A stretch of 64,000 bases of DNA from an uncultured Anaerolineaceae bacterium. GTDB taxonomy: Bacteria; Chloroflexota; Anaerolineae; Anaerolineales; E44-bin32. Below, piece by piece: positions 1 through 10,736 of this stretch. Position 1 is the first letter of the stretch, and each line of letters starts with the position of its first letter. Below the pieces are notes generated by a model that made no database searches, was not told where the DNA came from, and saw only the letters and a list, made by a program, of their open reading frames with translations. Made by a program: the position numbers and the translations under genes. The DNA lies in assembly GCA_964575425.1 (NCBI GenBank), contig CAZNRD010000008.1:3161-67160 (forward strand). Reading direction: 5' to 3'.

Positions 1-110
1 TCGGCGTGGAGGCGGGGCTGGTGACAGAGCAGCCGAACGGGGACCTCTTGCCGGAGGTGCAGGCGATTCGTGAGCTGCTGGATCCAATCTTCCTGACCCC
101 AGGGGCGTAG
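1..110 (+). CDS. 3' end of a CDS entering from the left edge (…GVEAGLVTEQPNGDLLPEVQAIRELLDPIFLTPGA*), function unknown
   Basis: Open frame from position 3 to TAG at 108-110, followed by a terminator-like hairpin. Confidence 0.5.
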   Translation, partial: GVEAGLVTEQPNGDLLPEVQAIRELLDPIFLTPGA

Positions 111-170
111 AGCAACGAGCCGGCGCTGACGCCGGCTCAAGATCGCAAGATATCCGCCCAAACGAGATCG

Positions 171-210
171 ACCGGGCGCGTAACCTAATACGCGCCCGGT
201 TGTCTTTCTT
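171..210 (+). terminator. Intrinsic terminator, possibly bidirectional
   Basis: Perfect 12-bp stem ACCGGGCGCGTA / TACGCGCCCGGT with 6-nt loop (171-200), followed by TGTCTTTCTT; lies between convergent genes. Confidence 0.75.
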
Positions 211-322
211 GCGTACGACGCTGCTGGCGGCACGGCGACGACGAGTCCGGATAGAAACGCACTGTTCGGATCACGGATGGCGCAGCGCCAATCAGCGTCG
301 CACTGCCGCGCATCCCTCTCGG

Positions 323-1546
323 TCAATCGCCGAGTCGGCCGGAGCCGCGGTAGCGAGACGTGCGGCCCCCGTCCAGCCTCCGCCTCTGGATGGTGGCATC
401 TGGATGCCGCAGCCAAAGCCAGAGCCCCGTCGCCAGTCCCAGCCCGCCCAGGCCGAGGACGCCGAGGAGCAGAAGGGCGTCTCCAAGCGTCATGCGGGAA
501 ATGTAGGACAGCACCAGCCGTCCAGTGTGCGGCGGGGGCGCGACTTCGGGCGCAGGCAGGCCAGTCATCGTGGCGATGACTGCCTGATCTAGCAGGGCGA
601 GTGCAGTCCCGGTGGCGGCGGCCGCGGTTTCCAGTTCGGGTGGGAACATCCCGGGTGGAGTCGCGGTTGTGCTGGGCGAGGGTGTAGCGGTGGCCGACTC
701 AGCGGCGAGGAGTGCGACAGTCGATGTGGGCGCGATCGTTGCCGTCGGCGCAGATGTGCGTGTGATCATCGGGCTGGGCATGCGGGTATATGTAGGCCCT
801 GCGGTGGCAATCGGGCCGTCGGCGGCCGTATGGGTGGGAGCAACCGTCATCGTCCGCGTGGCAGTCGGGCTGGCGGTCGGCCCGGTTGTGGCGGTAGGCC
901 CACCAGGCGTCGATGTCGCGGTCGCTGTCTGAGTGCGCGTCGGAGTGTTGCTCGCAGTTGGTGTGCGCGTGAGGGTGCTCGTCAGTGGTGGGGGCCCCGT
1001 GTTGGTGGCCGTGGGCGAGTTGGGGAGCGCGCTCACGGTGAAGGAGCCGTTCGACAGACTGAGCGTGACGGGGTTGCCGCCTGGGTCGGTGGCAGCGGCG
1101 TTGCTCAGGCTCAGCGGGATGGTGCCAGGTGCGGCGCCAGCGAGCACGTTGAAGGTGACGAGGGCCACCGAACCATCTGGGATGATCTGATCGTTGAATC
1201 CGAAGATGATGACGCGGATGCTGCTGGAGCCAGGCCGTGAGCAGCTAATCAGCTTTCCTGCTCCCGCTGCCGCCGGGCCTAGGGCGACTGCCACGCCGTT
1301 GCATGATCCCGCAGGCACCTCGACGCGGCTGGCGTCAAAGCCAAGGTCGAAGTTCAGACCGGCGACCCGGGCTCCCGACTCCGACGTTAGGTTCACCGGG
1401 ACCGTTATGCCGGTCGCGCCCGGCAGCGCGGAGCCGCCACCGGCGGACAGGACCGCTTGCGGAGCCTGGGCGGCAGCTCGCGGGTGGGACCCAAGGGGCA
1501 GGATAGCCAGGATCATGGCCAAAAAGATACGTGTGCTCCGTGTCAT
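323..1546 (-). CDS. Membrane-anchored cohesin-domain protein (signal peptide, cohesin, Pro/Thr-rich linker, C-terminal TM helix)
   Basis: ATG at 1546 with GGAGGG RBS; signal peptide MTRSTRIFLAMILAILPLGSHPRAAA; cohesin-like beta-sandwich (ITVPVNLTSES…VAGLNFDLGFD…DGSVALVTFNV…SNGSFTV); long T/P linker; TM LLLLGVLGLGGLGLATGLWLWL followed by basic tail. Confidence 0.75.
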   Translation of the reverse strand: MTRSTRIFLAMILAILPLGSHPRAAAQAPQAVLSAGGGSALPGATGITVPVNLTSESGARVAGLNFDLGFDASRVEVPAGSCNGVAVALGPAAAGAGKLISCSRPGSSSIRVIIFGFNDQIIPDGSVALVTFNVLAGAAPGTIPLSLSNAAATDPGGNPVTLSLSNGSFTVSALPNSPTATNTGPPPLTSTLTRTPTASNTPTRTQTATATSTPGGPTATTGPTASPTATRTMTVAPTHTAADGPIATAGPTYTRMPSPMITRTSAPTATIAPTSTVALLAAESATATPSPSTTATPPGMFPPELETAAAATGTALALLDQAVIATMTGLPAPEVAPPPHTGRLVLSYISRMTLGDALLLLGVLGLGGLGLATGLWLWLRHPDATIQRRRLDGGRTSRYRGSGRLGD

Positions 1547-1598
1547 TAACGAGTCCCTCCGGCTCCGAAGTCTGCTGGATGGCCGCACACGGCCCGCC

Positions 1599-4500
1599 TC
1601 AACTTGCCAGGAAGGTCATGATGATGATCTGTACGTCGAGCACGTTGACCTCCCCGTCGCCGTTGACGTCCGCCCGGGCCGTCAGGTTCGGATCGCTGAG
1701 GCCGCCCAGGAAGACGCTGACGCACAGCTGGACATCCACGATGTTGACAAGACCATCCTGATTCACGTCGGCGGACGAGAACACGCCCGGGGGAGTCTCG
1801 GTGGGCGGGGCTATAGGGGTGAGGCTGCTTGTTGGCGCGGCGGTGGCAGTCCACGTGGTTGGCGTCGGCGACTGGGTCGGCGTGGGGGTCAGAGTGGCAG
1901 CAAGCGTCGGTGTGGTGGGCGGCGATCCGGTGGCCGCGACCGTGGGCGTTGGTGTCGCCGTAACGGTGGGTGACTGCGTGGCTGTCGCTGTTGGCGTGAG
2001 CGACGCTGTCACGGTCGGCGACCCCGTAGGGCCGGCCGTCGAAGTAGCCGTCGCCGTCCAAACAGGCGTGGCAGTCGGGGTCGCCCCGGCGCCGCCCAAG
2101 CGCTGGATCTTGAGCGCCACGTCGGACACCAATGGCGACGGCAGGTTGAGCACAAGCGATCCCCCTGAAGCACTGACCTGTTGGGTCAGGAACACCGCAC
2201 CGCTGGTCTTGTAGGTATCCCACCATTCCACCTGGTAGGCGCCTTCCGGGACGTTGGGGATGGTCACGCTGCCGCTGATCGCCGGGATCGCGGGACCATT
2301 GACCACCCGAGTCCACGTATGCAGCCGATTCTGGATCCACAGGTGCATGCGACCGTTCGAGTCGTCGCGTTGACCCCAGGCCCGAAGGTTCGCGTCGGAG
2401 GTCGTCGCACCGACGTCGCGGTAGGAACCGTTGTTGATGGGGATGCCATCCATGAAGTTGCGATAGGCCAGGTAGTGCGGATACAGCCTTTCCGGGATGG
2501 TCTCGGACGCCCACCAGAACAGCATGGGCACACCGCCGGGGCTCAGCTGCGCCCACAGGTTGTTGTGCAGCCAGATCCCGGCCGTGTCCCTGGGCAAGTC
2601 GTTGTTCCAATCCGAGCCGTCGACGATCCCGGCTTCGCCGGCGATCAACGGCTTCCGAGCACCCACCGGGCTGCCGCCGCCAAACAGCTCCCCCACGGAA
2701 CGGTTGTACCAGGCGGTATCTTCGTCCAGGCGTGTGGCGTCGAACTGTCCGATGACCGGTACAATCTGACCGGACGGGCTGACCAACTCAACGTCATCAA
2801 TCCACGCATTTCCAGCCACACCACCGCTGTTCTCAACTCGCAGCGAGATTTCGTGCGGGCCGTCATCCGTGAGGATGAGGCGGAAGGAGGCAGGGATCAG
2901 GGCCCCGCTCCGATCACGATCGCTGCTGAATTGCTGCCAGTCATACGTCCCGCCCGGTGAGGTGCACAGGAAGTCCTTGCCCTCGGCGTTGCCAGGAACC
3001 ACGCCCTCCCTGCCTCCCCAGTAGGTGCCGCCATCGAGGAGCCAGCGGACTCGCTGCATCCCACCCGAGCTGCCAAACTGGCAGTTGGCTGCGAAGGCTT
3101 CCGCCTTCATCCAGTAGCGAACTATCCACTCCCCGGGACCGCGGATCACCAGGCCGCGCGGCACAATCGCCTCATTCCCGTTGTCGCTGCCGGCAATGCG
3201 GACGGAGCCGTTCCCGGAGCGGATGTAGGCGGCGCGGCTTTCCAGCCGGCCCGCGCTGATGTAGGCGGCCGTCGTCACTGCGCTCGGCCCGGCGTAGAGA
3301 TGGATGTCGGCGTAGTCGATCTCCGGATAGCGCTCGTTCGACCAGAATTCCCGGTTTGGAAAGGAGTGCCAGAAAGAGGTGGTCACCATATGCCGGGAGG
3401 GGTCGTTTGCGCGGAAATACCGCGCCATCGCATTGGCCGCGTCATAGTGGTTCCCGTTGTACGGATCCCCCTCGTTGACGAATTCGAAGGAGTGAATCGC
3501 CGTGCTGTATCCCCACCGGGCGATCAAATATCTCCACCAGGCTTCTGCCAGCCAGCGGACCTTGGTCTCCCGGGCGGCATAGAAGTTGTCATTGCTTGCC
3601 GAAGCAGTCATGCTTCCGTCGGACGCGATGCGGTTACGGATCCACTCATTCTTCTCATCAGCAACCAGCTTGAGGTAGACCCCGCGCCGGGCGGCCGTCT
3701 CAAGGATGGCATCCCAGCGGGCCGAGGCCATGGGATCGAATGCCATGTGGCTGTTTGCACCCGGCTCGCGTAGCAGGTTCACGCGATACGGATCGCTTGT
3801 GCGGTACAGGCGCACTTCATCCACATAGACCGTGCCGGCCGATGCGTTCTGCCGTGCCATATACAGATAGTCAAGCCAATACTGCGTTGGGCCAGTGGTG
3901 TAGGTGCCGGTCACCGTCGTCCATCCGTCGGTCGACTGCACGGGTGCGACGATGAGGGTGCCGTTGTTGGGTTGGTCGCATGCTGTGCCGAGCCAATCGG
4001 CCAGCTTGATGACAAAGCCCCAGGCCCCGGTGGTGACCGGACCCCTCAGGCCGCTGAGCAGGACGCGGGCGGTGACAGTGTAGTTCGTCCCGGGCTCAAC
4101 CGGGATGCCCCCTTGGGACCAGTCGGTGAACAGACATGGATTGGCGTCGTCCAGCCTCCAGGCGACGTCGGCACCTCCGTAGGTGGTCCGCGTGTCGAGG
4201 CTTACCCCGGGCAGGTAGGCATCCGATGGCAGGTGGTGCGAGGACCAGGTCGACCATTGCGACCCGTTGATGCTGGAACCGCTCAACCAGACGCGCATCA
4301 GGTTCATGCGGTTGGATTCGAAACTCGCCATCTTCTGCTCGGCGATCGACGTCGTGTTGAAGCTTTCGTTGAACCCAACACCGACGAATGGAGAGCCGTC
4401 ATCGAATTCGAAGTAGCGCGGATCCGACCGGCTGACCCGCACGAAACCCCGCCGGATGTTGGGATTGGCAGATGTCTCCGCCACGCTGAACCGCAGGGCG

Positions 4501-7500
4501 GGCTCCGCCTGCGATGGGTAGTAGCTGATGCCGGAGGCATCCTGGACCCGCAGACGGTATTCCCATTCACCAGCAAGCCTGGGCGCTAAGCGAACCGCCC
4601 AACGAGGTGCTCTGGATGGTGTGAGGTGGTCCCGATTACCAATGATTTTCAGGTTGTAGGACTGGAAGAAGAACCCGGGTTGCACGAGTGTGGTGCGCCA
4701 GCCATCGGCAGAGAACAAACCGTCCACGGTGACACCGATGCCAGCCGACACTCCCGGTGGAGGCGACGGATCGTAAGGCAGGCTCGGGTTCGAGGCGACT
4801 GTCTGTACATCAAACTGGACCTCGAACTTCTCGAACCGGGCGACCCTTGGCGTAGTCACTTCCAGGCCCGAGATCACCGGGCCCCTGGCGACCGCCGTGG
4901 GCGTCCGAGTCGGTGTCGGGGTGACTGTCGGCGTGACCGTCGGCGTGGCTGAGGGTCCGCCAGTGGGAGTCGGCAGGGGCGTCCCGGTGACGTCAGCCTG
5001 CAGTACGGCTACGAGCTTCTGGATCGAATACAGGTCACCTCTGCCCCAGGGCCGGTCGAGCCATGCCGAAAGCGTCGCCTGCGAATCGCCGACGATGTAT
5101 GCATGGGCCAGGAAGTGCGCCCAAGCCGTGCTCGGCGCGAGGCAGGACGTCTCACCGACCTCGGCATGTACACCCGCCCGGGTGAGATACCACCAGCGCA
5201 GACCATCCCCGTTCTCCAGCGACAGCAGGTGTGCCTGCGCCTGTCCGGAGGTCTGTTCACGCAAGTAGAGACCCACCTCCGGCGTCAGGCCGTAGAAGAC
5301 CGGTGCAGACCAACCGGTCGTCATCCCCCGCGGATCCAGGTAATCGTTGGCGGCCCGGTTGCGGAAGGCGGTGAAATCCCTCCCGGCTTCCATCGCGGCG
5401 ACGGCCGCCTGGATGCCTGCCTGGTAGGCCGCAGTCTCGCCGAAATACTGCGCCAGCCTTGCATACCCAATCGCACCAGCGATGTCAGCATAGTAGAACA
5501 TGCTGCCGCGTCGCGATTCAAAGAGCGACCTGGCGTTCGCCCACTGCGACCGCGCGTACGACCAATCGCCAGTGTTCTTCGACCACAACCACAGTGCGTA
5601 CAGGGCGGAGATGTTGGCTGCCGGCGGCGGCCAGCTGTTCAACTCGGAGCGGAACGGGACCTGGTAGGACTCTCTCGCGATGCCCTGCTTCAACCACGGC
5701 GTCCCACCCCACACCAGATCGGTCAAGGGGGGATACCGCCCCATTTCTGCCGCCACGTAGCTTCGCACCTCCGCCTGCAACGCGGAATCCAGGTACGGGT
5801 AGGCGGCTGCCAGGGTGTAGAGGAGCTCGCCCGGGTCGTGCCAGTACACGTTCCCATCGCCTCGGTAACTCACTTCCGGGACGCCGGGAGGGTTGGTCGT
5901 GTTGTAGGGCCAGATGTGGGACTCTGAGAAGCCGCGCTGCAGGTAGTACGGGATCAGGTGGCCGCCGGATGATGTAATCGCCCGAACCTCTGCCCGAAGT
6001 CTTTGCACCAGGTCCGCCGGAGGATTGGCGGCTGGCTGGGTCAGGTCGAGCGTGACATAGTCCGCGAGGGCGCGTGTCTGCACCGGTTGGGATGAACCCT
6101 GGTACGAAACGGACGGTGTGCCGGGCGTGGATGTCCAGACCCTGGGGGCAGGGCATGACGATCCGGCCCGATGCGCGATGGCCGCCAGTCCGCCCTCGAT
6201 CACCCTCCAGTACACCATGTTGGCAGCGACAACCGCCCCGCCCCGCTGGTGCCCCTCGGTCACGCGGGGCGAAGGGAATGGGTAGGCATTGTCACTCGCG
6301 GTCAGAGGGAAGAATGGATTTGGACCACCGGGGCCACACTCAACCGAGCATTCCGGCCACGTGTTAGACACATTGCCAGCGTGAATCAACTGACCCGTGC
6401 TGACGTTGATGCCTCCCAGGCGCTCCCAGTTGTCCACCCACAGGATGCTGCCCCCCATGGTGAGCATGGCTGGCTCATCCGACGTCATGCGGAACTCGGT
6501 GTTGTAGGCCGGATACCCGGATTGCCGCAGGCCGGTGATGTCCAGGGTGGCGGGATTGAGGCTCCCCAACTCAGCGTCGTATCGGGTTGTCACATGCACC
6601 GCACCGCCGTCTGTCTGGATCCCGTGCCGGGCGCGGTAAGAGACATAGATCGAGCTTCCACGGACAACGGGGGCATTCGGGATATCGTTATTGCCGTACG
6701 TGTACAGGATCGGAACGACGCCGCGCGAGGCCCCGGTGGAAACGTCAAGCGCGAAGAAGGTCGCCTTGGTTGGATCGCTTGTCAGGTAGCTGATGATCCG
6801 CGGACGAACATTGGCCCAGTCGTTATTCCAATCGGCAAGGACCGGGCCGGCCTGATCCATGACAGAGTCGCCTTCGCGCAGGAGAATCTGGAAGAAGTGG
6901 ACCGGCTGCGAGCGGTAGAAGACGGTCGAGCCGGAGACCACAGGATACCGATCCGCCAGGCTCATCCCTTGCAGCGGGACCTGCCAGGCACGCGCGCCAG
7001 TCGACGCATTGACGGCGATGGCCTGAATCGCCTCGTTGCCGAACAGGACGAGCGAACCATCCGCGCTCAGGGAAGGTGACGTGAGGATTGGAGCACCTGA
7101 GTCGTACTGCCAGAGGATGGCGCCGTTTGAGACGTTGAGTGCGGTCAGGATCCCGTTGGTGGAGCCGACGAACGCCCGCTGCCGAGAGGAATCGATCAGA
7201 GGAGCCGTCGCGCTGGGTCCGGTTCGGGTCCTCCAGATGAGCGCTCCCGAAGCGGCCTGCAGAGCGTAGGTGAACCCGTCGTGCGAGCTGAACACGACCG
7301 CGTCACCCGACACGCCGGCGGAATGCCGGATCGGACCCCCTGACACGTAAATCCACAGCGGCGCGCCGGTCGCCGCGTCGCGGGCATACATGGCCCCATT
7401 CATCGAACCGATGAACAGCCGCCCGCCCGAAACGACTGGTTGAGCTCGGGATGCGATCGGAGCCTCGTACCACTTCCAGGCGTAGCAGTACGGAGGGTCA

Positions 7501-7721
7501 ACCTGGACCGATGTGGAGTTGCTGCGTTGGGCGTCGCGACCGAGTTGAGGCCAGTCGCTGTCTGCCGATTGCGATGTATCCGCCGCCGTGCTTGCTGAAG
7601 TCTCAGCGCGGACAGGCAGCGCGCCTCCTGCCCAGCCTGAACTCAGGAGCCCCACAGCCAGCGCGATGGCGATCACCCCCCGCAGCAGACGAGCGCGTGC
7701 CCATGCGCCTACACCAATCAT
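1599..7721 (-). CDS. Giant secreted modular protein: PQQ-type beta-propeller + helical domain + DUF5060-like Ig domain + clan GH-A-like glycoside hydrolase with CBM-like insertions + C-terminal dockerin
   Basis: ATG at 7721 with GGAGGAAGG RBS; signal peptide; [12 protein letters not shown] and repeated LYALDAATG-x-LW-like propeller motifs; RFEKFEVQF…GEWEYRL (DUF5060-like); FEFVNEG (Glu codon 3471-3473) and KPLIAGEAG (Glu codon 2634-2636); twin [12 protein letters not shown] / [12 protein letters not shown] at the C-terminus. Confidence 0.8.
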   Translation of the reverse strand: MIGVGAWARARLLRGVIAIALAVGLLSSGWAGGALPVRAETSASTAADTSQSADSDWPQLGRDAQRSNSTSVQVDPPYCYAWKWYEAPIASRAQPVVSGGRLFIGSMNGAMYARDAATGAPLWIYVSGGPIRHSAGVSGDAVVFSSHDGFTYALQAASGALIWRTRTGPSATAPLIDSSRQRAFVGSTNGILTALNVSNGAILWQYDSGAPILTSPSLSADGSLVLFGNEAIQAIAVNASTGARAWQVPLQGMSLADRYPVVSGSTVFYRSQPVHFFQILLREGDSVMDQAGPVLADWNNDWANVRPRIISYLTSDPTKATFFALDVSTGASRGVVPILYTYGNNDIPNAPVVRGSSIYVSYRARHGIQTDGGAVHVTTRYDAELGSLNPATLDITGLRQSGYPAYNTEFRMTSDEPAMLTMGGSILWVDNWERLGGINVSTGQLIHAGNVSNTWPECSVECGPGGPNPFFPLTASDNAYPFPSPRVTEGHQRGGAVVAANMVYWRVIEGGLAAIAHRAGSSCPAPRVWTSTPGTPSVSYQGSSQPVQTRALADYVTLDLTQPAANPPADLVQRLRAEVRAITSSGGHLIPYYLQRGFSESHIWPYNTTNPPGVPEVSYRGDGNVYWHDPGELLYTLAAAYPYLDSALQAEVRSYVAAEMGRYPPLTDLVWGGTPWLKQGIARESYQVPFRSELNSWPPPAANISALYALWLWSKNTGDWSYARSQWANARSLFESRRGSMFYYADIAGAIGYARLAQYFGETAAYQAGIQAAVAAMEAGRDFTAFRNRAANDYLDPRGMTTGWSAPVFYGLTPEVGLYLREQTSGQAQAHLLSLENGDGLRWWYLTRAGVHAEVGETSCLAPSTAWAHFLAHAYIVGDSQATLSAWLDRPWGRGDLYSIQKLVAVLQADVTGTPLPTPTGGPSATPTVTPTVTPTPTRTPTAVARGPVISGLEVTTPRVARFEKFEVQFDVQTVASNPSLPYDPSPPPGVSAGIGVTVDGLFSADGWRTTLVQPGFFFQSYNLKIIGNRDHLTPSRAPRWAVRLAPRLAGEWEYRLRVQDASGISYYPSQAEPALRFSVAETSANPNIRRGFVRVSRSDPRYFEFDDGSPFVGVGFNESFNTTSIAEQKMASFESNRMNLMRVWLSGSSINGSQWSTWSSHHLPSDAYLPGVSLDTRTTYGGADVAWRLDDANPCLFTDWSQGGIPVEPGTNYTVTARVLLSGLRGPVTTGAWGFVIKLADWLGTACDQPNNGTLIVAPVQSTDGWTTVTGTYTTGPTQYWLDYLYMARQNASAGTVYVDEVRLYRTSDPYRVNLLREPGANSHMAFDPMASARWDAILETAARRGVYLKLVADEKNEWIRNRIASDGSMTASASNDNFYAARETKVRWLAEAWWRYLIARWGYSTAIHSFEFVNEGDPYNGNHYDAANAMARYFRANDPSRHMVTTSFWHSFPNREFWSNERYPEIDYADIHLYAGPSAVTTAAYISAGRLESRAAYIRSGNGSVRIAGSDNGNEAIVPRGLVIRGPGEWIVRYWMKAEAFAANCQFGSSGGMQRVRWLLDGGTYWGGREGVVPGNAEGKDFLCTSPGGTYDWQQFSSDRDRSGALIPASFRLILTDDGPHEISLRVENSGGVAGNAWIDDVELVSPSGQIVPVIGQFDATRLDEDTAWYNRSVGELFGGGSPVGARKPLIAGEAGIVDGSDWNNDLPRDTAGIWLHNNLWAQLSPGGVPMLFWWASETIPERLYPHYLAYRNFMDGIPINNGSYRDVGATTSDANLRAWGQRDDSNGRMHLWIQNRLHTWTRVVNGPAIPAISGSVTIPNVPEGAYQVEWWDTYKTSGAVFLTQQVSASGGSLVLNLPSPLVSDVALKIQRLGGAGATPTATPVWTATATSTAGPTGSPTVTASLTPTATATQSPTVTATPTPTVAATGSPPTTPTLAATLTPTPTQSPTPTTWTATAAPTSSLTPIAPPTETPPGVFSSADVNQDGLVNIVDVQLCVSVFLGGLSDPNLTARADVNGDGEVNVLDVQIIIMTFLAS

Positions 7722-8170
7722 CCTTCCTCCGTTCGGGGCGCAGTGCACTGGCCCATTCCGTCCATAGCCTTCTAGGGTCCGTACCACCTGCAGAGCTAAT
7801 CCTCCGGTACTACCCATTCTTCAGCGCCAGCCGGGGTACATCAATCCCCCAAGGGTCAGGGGAGTACCAATGGGGGGCCCAAGATGTGGCCGTCACTCCC
7901 GTCGGATTACCGCACCAACAATGGGCGCCGGATACTCAATTCCGATCCCGTAGACCCGCATCACACCATCCCCAGATCTAGCCCGAGATCGGGCAATCCG
8001 CTGCGGTCCTCTCTGAGACACGATCCGCCGGAGAGTCCCTCAACCAGGGTGGAGAAATGCACAGCGGCCCAGTTCGCTGCTCACGACGCGCGTGAGCACG
8101 GACCGTTCGCTCCCACATCTTGCACGCATCCCTGGCGGACGTTAGAATTGAGCGCGTTGGCCTCCAGACC

Positions 8171-8719
8171 ATGGAATTCCTCCCCACTTCTCTGCCCGAT
8201 GTCCTGCTCATCCGGTTGAAAGTATTCCGAGACAACCGCGGCTACTTTGTCGAGACCTATCGGGCGGACGCGTTTGCTGCGGCCGGCATCGGGTGCCCGT
8301 TCATCCAGGACAACCACTCTGGCTCCCATCGCACAACCCTCCGCGGGCTGCACTACCAGATACGCCACCCCCAGGGGAAACTGGTGCGAGTTGTTGTCGG
8401 CGAGATCTTCGACGTGGCTGTTGATTTGCGCAGGAGTTCGCCCACATTCGGCCGCTGGGTCGGCACCCACCTGTCCTCCGAGAACCCGCACATGCTCTGG
8501 ATCCCGCCAGGTTTCGCGCATGGCTTCTACACACTCAGCGACTGGGCTGAGGTCTTCTATAAGACAACCGATTCCTATGCGCCGCAGTGGGAGCGAACAC
8601 TGGTATGGAATGATCCGGCAGTGGGGATCGCTTGGCCCCTGATCGACGGCCAGCCGCCCCTCCTTTCGGCCAAGGACGCGGCAGGCAAGCGTCTGCAGGA
8701 AGCCGAGACCTTCAGCTAG
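8171..8719 (+). CDS. rmlC: dTDP-4-dehydrorhamnose 3,5-epimerase
   Basis: FRDNRGYFVETY, TLRGLHYQ, QGKLVRV, LWIPPGFAHGF motifs; first gene of the rml cluster. Confidence 0.95.
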   Translation: MEFLPTSLPDVLLIRLKVFRDNRGYFVETYRADAFAAAGIGCPFIQDNHSGSHRTTLRGLHYQIRHPQGKLVRVVVGEIFDVAVDLRRSSPTFGRWVGTHLSSENPHMLWIPPGFAHGFYTLSDWAEVFYKTTDSYAPQWERTLVWNDPAVGIAWPLIDGQPPLLSAKDAAGKRLQEAETFS

Positions 8720-8760
8720 GATCTCGAGCTAGGTCTCATCGAGATTCGGAGGTCGCATCC

Positions 8761-9846
8761 GTGCACAGCGTACTGATCACCGGCGGCGCCGGATTCATCG
8801 GCTCCAACTTCGTCCGGCGGATTCTCGCGGCCGAGCCACAGGTGAGGGTCATCAACCTGGACAGCCTGACATACGCTGGGAGCCTGGCCAACCTCACGGA
8901 CCTGCCGGGTGCCGAACGGCACACCTTCGTCGAAGGGGACATCTGCAACGGCGAGTTGGTGGCCCAGCTGATGCAGGAGCACTCTATTGACACCTTGGTC
9001 CACTTCGCCGCCGAAACGCACGTCGACCGGTCGATCCACGGACCGATGCCCTTTGTCTTGACCAATATGGTCGGCACAGCCACTCTGTTGGAAGCCGCCC
9101 GACAGGTCTTCCTCGGCGATCCGGAGAGGAGACGGTCCGGTGTACGTTTCCATCATGTCTCCACCGATGAGGTGTACGGCTCGCTGGGACTTCACGATCC
9201 GGCCTTCTCGGAGACGACACCGTATGCCCCCAACTCGCCGTATGCTGCCTCAAAAGCCGGGAGCGACCACCTCGTCCGGGCCTACGCCCACACGTACGGG
9301 CTGCCGGTGACGATCACCAATTGCTCCAACAACTATGGGCCGCGGCAGCATCCTGAGAAGCTGATCCCCTTCATGATTCTAAACGCCCTCGACGGGAAGC
9401 CGCTCCCGCTGTACGGGGACGGCCTGCAGATTCGTGATTGGCTGTACGTGGAAGACCATTGCGCGGCGATCCTCGCCGTTCTGCGCCACGGACGGCCAGG
9501 GGAGACCTACCACATCGGTGGCGATACGAACGTGACAAACCGTCACGTTGTCGAGATGCTGTGCGCCATCCTCGACCAACTGATTCCCACCTCGCCACAT
9601 GTTCCCCACGCCGCACTGATTCGCTATGTCGCCGATCGGCCCGGCCACGATCGCCGCTACGCCATGGACACTCGCAAGATCCGGGGCGAAATCGGCTGGG
9701 CGCCTTCTGTCACGCTGGAGAGCGGGCTGCGCAAGACCGTGGCCTGGTACCTTGCGAACCCAGAGTGGCTGGCCGCCATGCGACAACGACCGACTTTCGA
9801 AGCCTGGTTGCAGGCCAATTACGCGACGCGAGGAACAGCCCGATGA
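8761..9846 (+). CDS. rmlB: dTDP-glucose 4,6-dehydratase
   Basis: GTG start after GGAGG; [45 protein letters not shown]. Confidence 0.96.
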   Translation: MHSVLITGGAGFIGSNFVRRILAAEPQVRVINLDSLTYAGSLANLTDLPGAERHTFVEGDICNGELVAQLMQEHSIDTLVHFAAETHVDRSIHGPMPFVLTNMVGTATLLEAARQVFLGDPERRRSGVRFHHVSTDEVYGSLGLHDPAFSETTPYAPNSPYAASKAGSDHLVRAYAHTYGLPVTITNCSNNYGPRQHPEKLIPFMILNALDGKPLPLYGDGLQIRDWLYVEDHCAAILAVLRHGRPGETYHIGGDTNVTNRHVVEMLCAILDQLIPTSPHVPHAALIRYVADRPGHDRRYAMDTRKIRGEIGWAPSVTLESGLRKTVAWYLANPEWLAAMRQRPTFEAWLQANYATRGTAR

Positions 9847-10736
9847 GGGGGATCATCCTGGCCGGCGGGCGCGGCAGCCGGCTCCATCCGCTGACGCTGG
9901 GCGTCAGCAAACAGCTCCTGCCGCTGTATGACAAACCGATGGTGTACTACCCGCTCTCGATGCTGATGCTGGCCGGCATTCGCGAGATCCTGGTCATCAG
10001 TACGCCCGAGGATCTGCCGGCGTTCCGACGGCTGCTTGGCGACGGCCGTCAGTGGGGACTGCAATTCGACTACGCCGAGCAGGACAGACCGCGCGGCATT
10101 GCCGACGCGTTCCTCGTCGGCCGCGACTTCATTCGCCGGGAGCCGGTCTGCCTGATCCTGGGAGACAACGTGTTCTTCGGTCACGGACTGCCAGCCCAAC
10201 TCCGGGAGGCGGCAACCTTGACCGAGGGCGCCATCATATACGCCTATCCGGTGCGGGATCCCCAGCGCTACGGCGTGGTCGAGTTTGACGCCCAGGGCCG
10301 GGCAATCAGCATCGAGGAGAAACCGCGGCGGCCGCGCTCGAATTTCGCCATCCCCGGCATCTACTTCTACGACAGCCTGGTTTGCGATATCGCAGCCAAC
10401 CTGAAGCCATCTGCCCGCGGGGAGCTGGAGATCACCGACATCCACCAGCACTACCTGGCGCGCGGCCTGCTCCGGGTCAAGCGGCTCGGGCGCGGGATAG
10501 CCTGGCTCGACGCCGGTACCCATGAGTCGTTGCTGCAGGCAGCGAACTTCGTGCAGGCCGTCGAAGAGCGGCAGGGCTTGATGATCTCCTGCCCTGAGGA
10601 GATCGCCTTCCGCCAGGGCTACATCACCGAGACCGACCTCCGCCAGCTTGCCAATGCCATGTCGGACAATCGGTACCGCGCCTATCTCTTGGCCCTCGTA
10701 GAGGGAGATTCTTGGTCCCCTCCCGCCGAGCCGTGA
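9843..10736 (+). CDS. rmlA: Glucose-1-phosphate thymidylyltransferase
   Basis: ATGA overlap with the rmlB stop; [48 protein letters not shown]. Confidence 0.96.
   Translation: MRGIILAGGRGSRLHPLTLGVSKQLLPLYDKPMVYYPLSMLMLAGIREILVISTPEDLPAFRRLLGDGRQWGLQFDYAEQDRPRGIADAFLVGRDFIRREPVCLILGDNVFFGHGLPAQLREAATLTEGAIIYAYPVRDPQRYGVVEFDAQGRAISIEEKPRRPRSNFAIPGIYFYDSLVCDIAANLKPSARGELEITDIHQHYLARGLLRVKRLGRGIAWLDAGTHESLLQAANFVQAVEERQGLMISCPEEIAFRQGYITETDLRQLANAMSDNRYRAYLLALVEGDSWSPPAEP

Noticed and set aside
1546-2610. 354-aa minus-strand ORF overlapping the giant gene
   Set aside because: Alternative frame of the PT linker and dockerin coding region; Arg/Gly-rich composition with no family features
7800-7880. 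Clustered GTAC/TACCCAT-like words in the divergent intergenic region (NarL-box-like)
   Set aside because: Short and degenerate, with no consistent spacing; not enough to call a site
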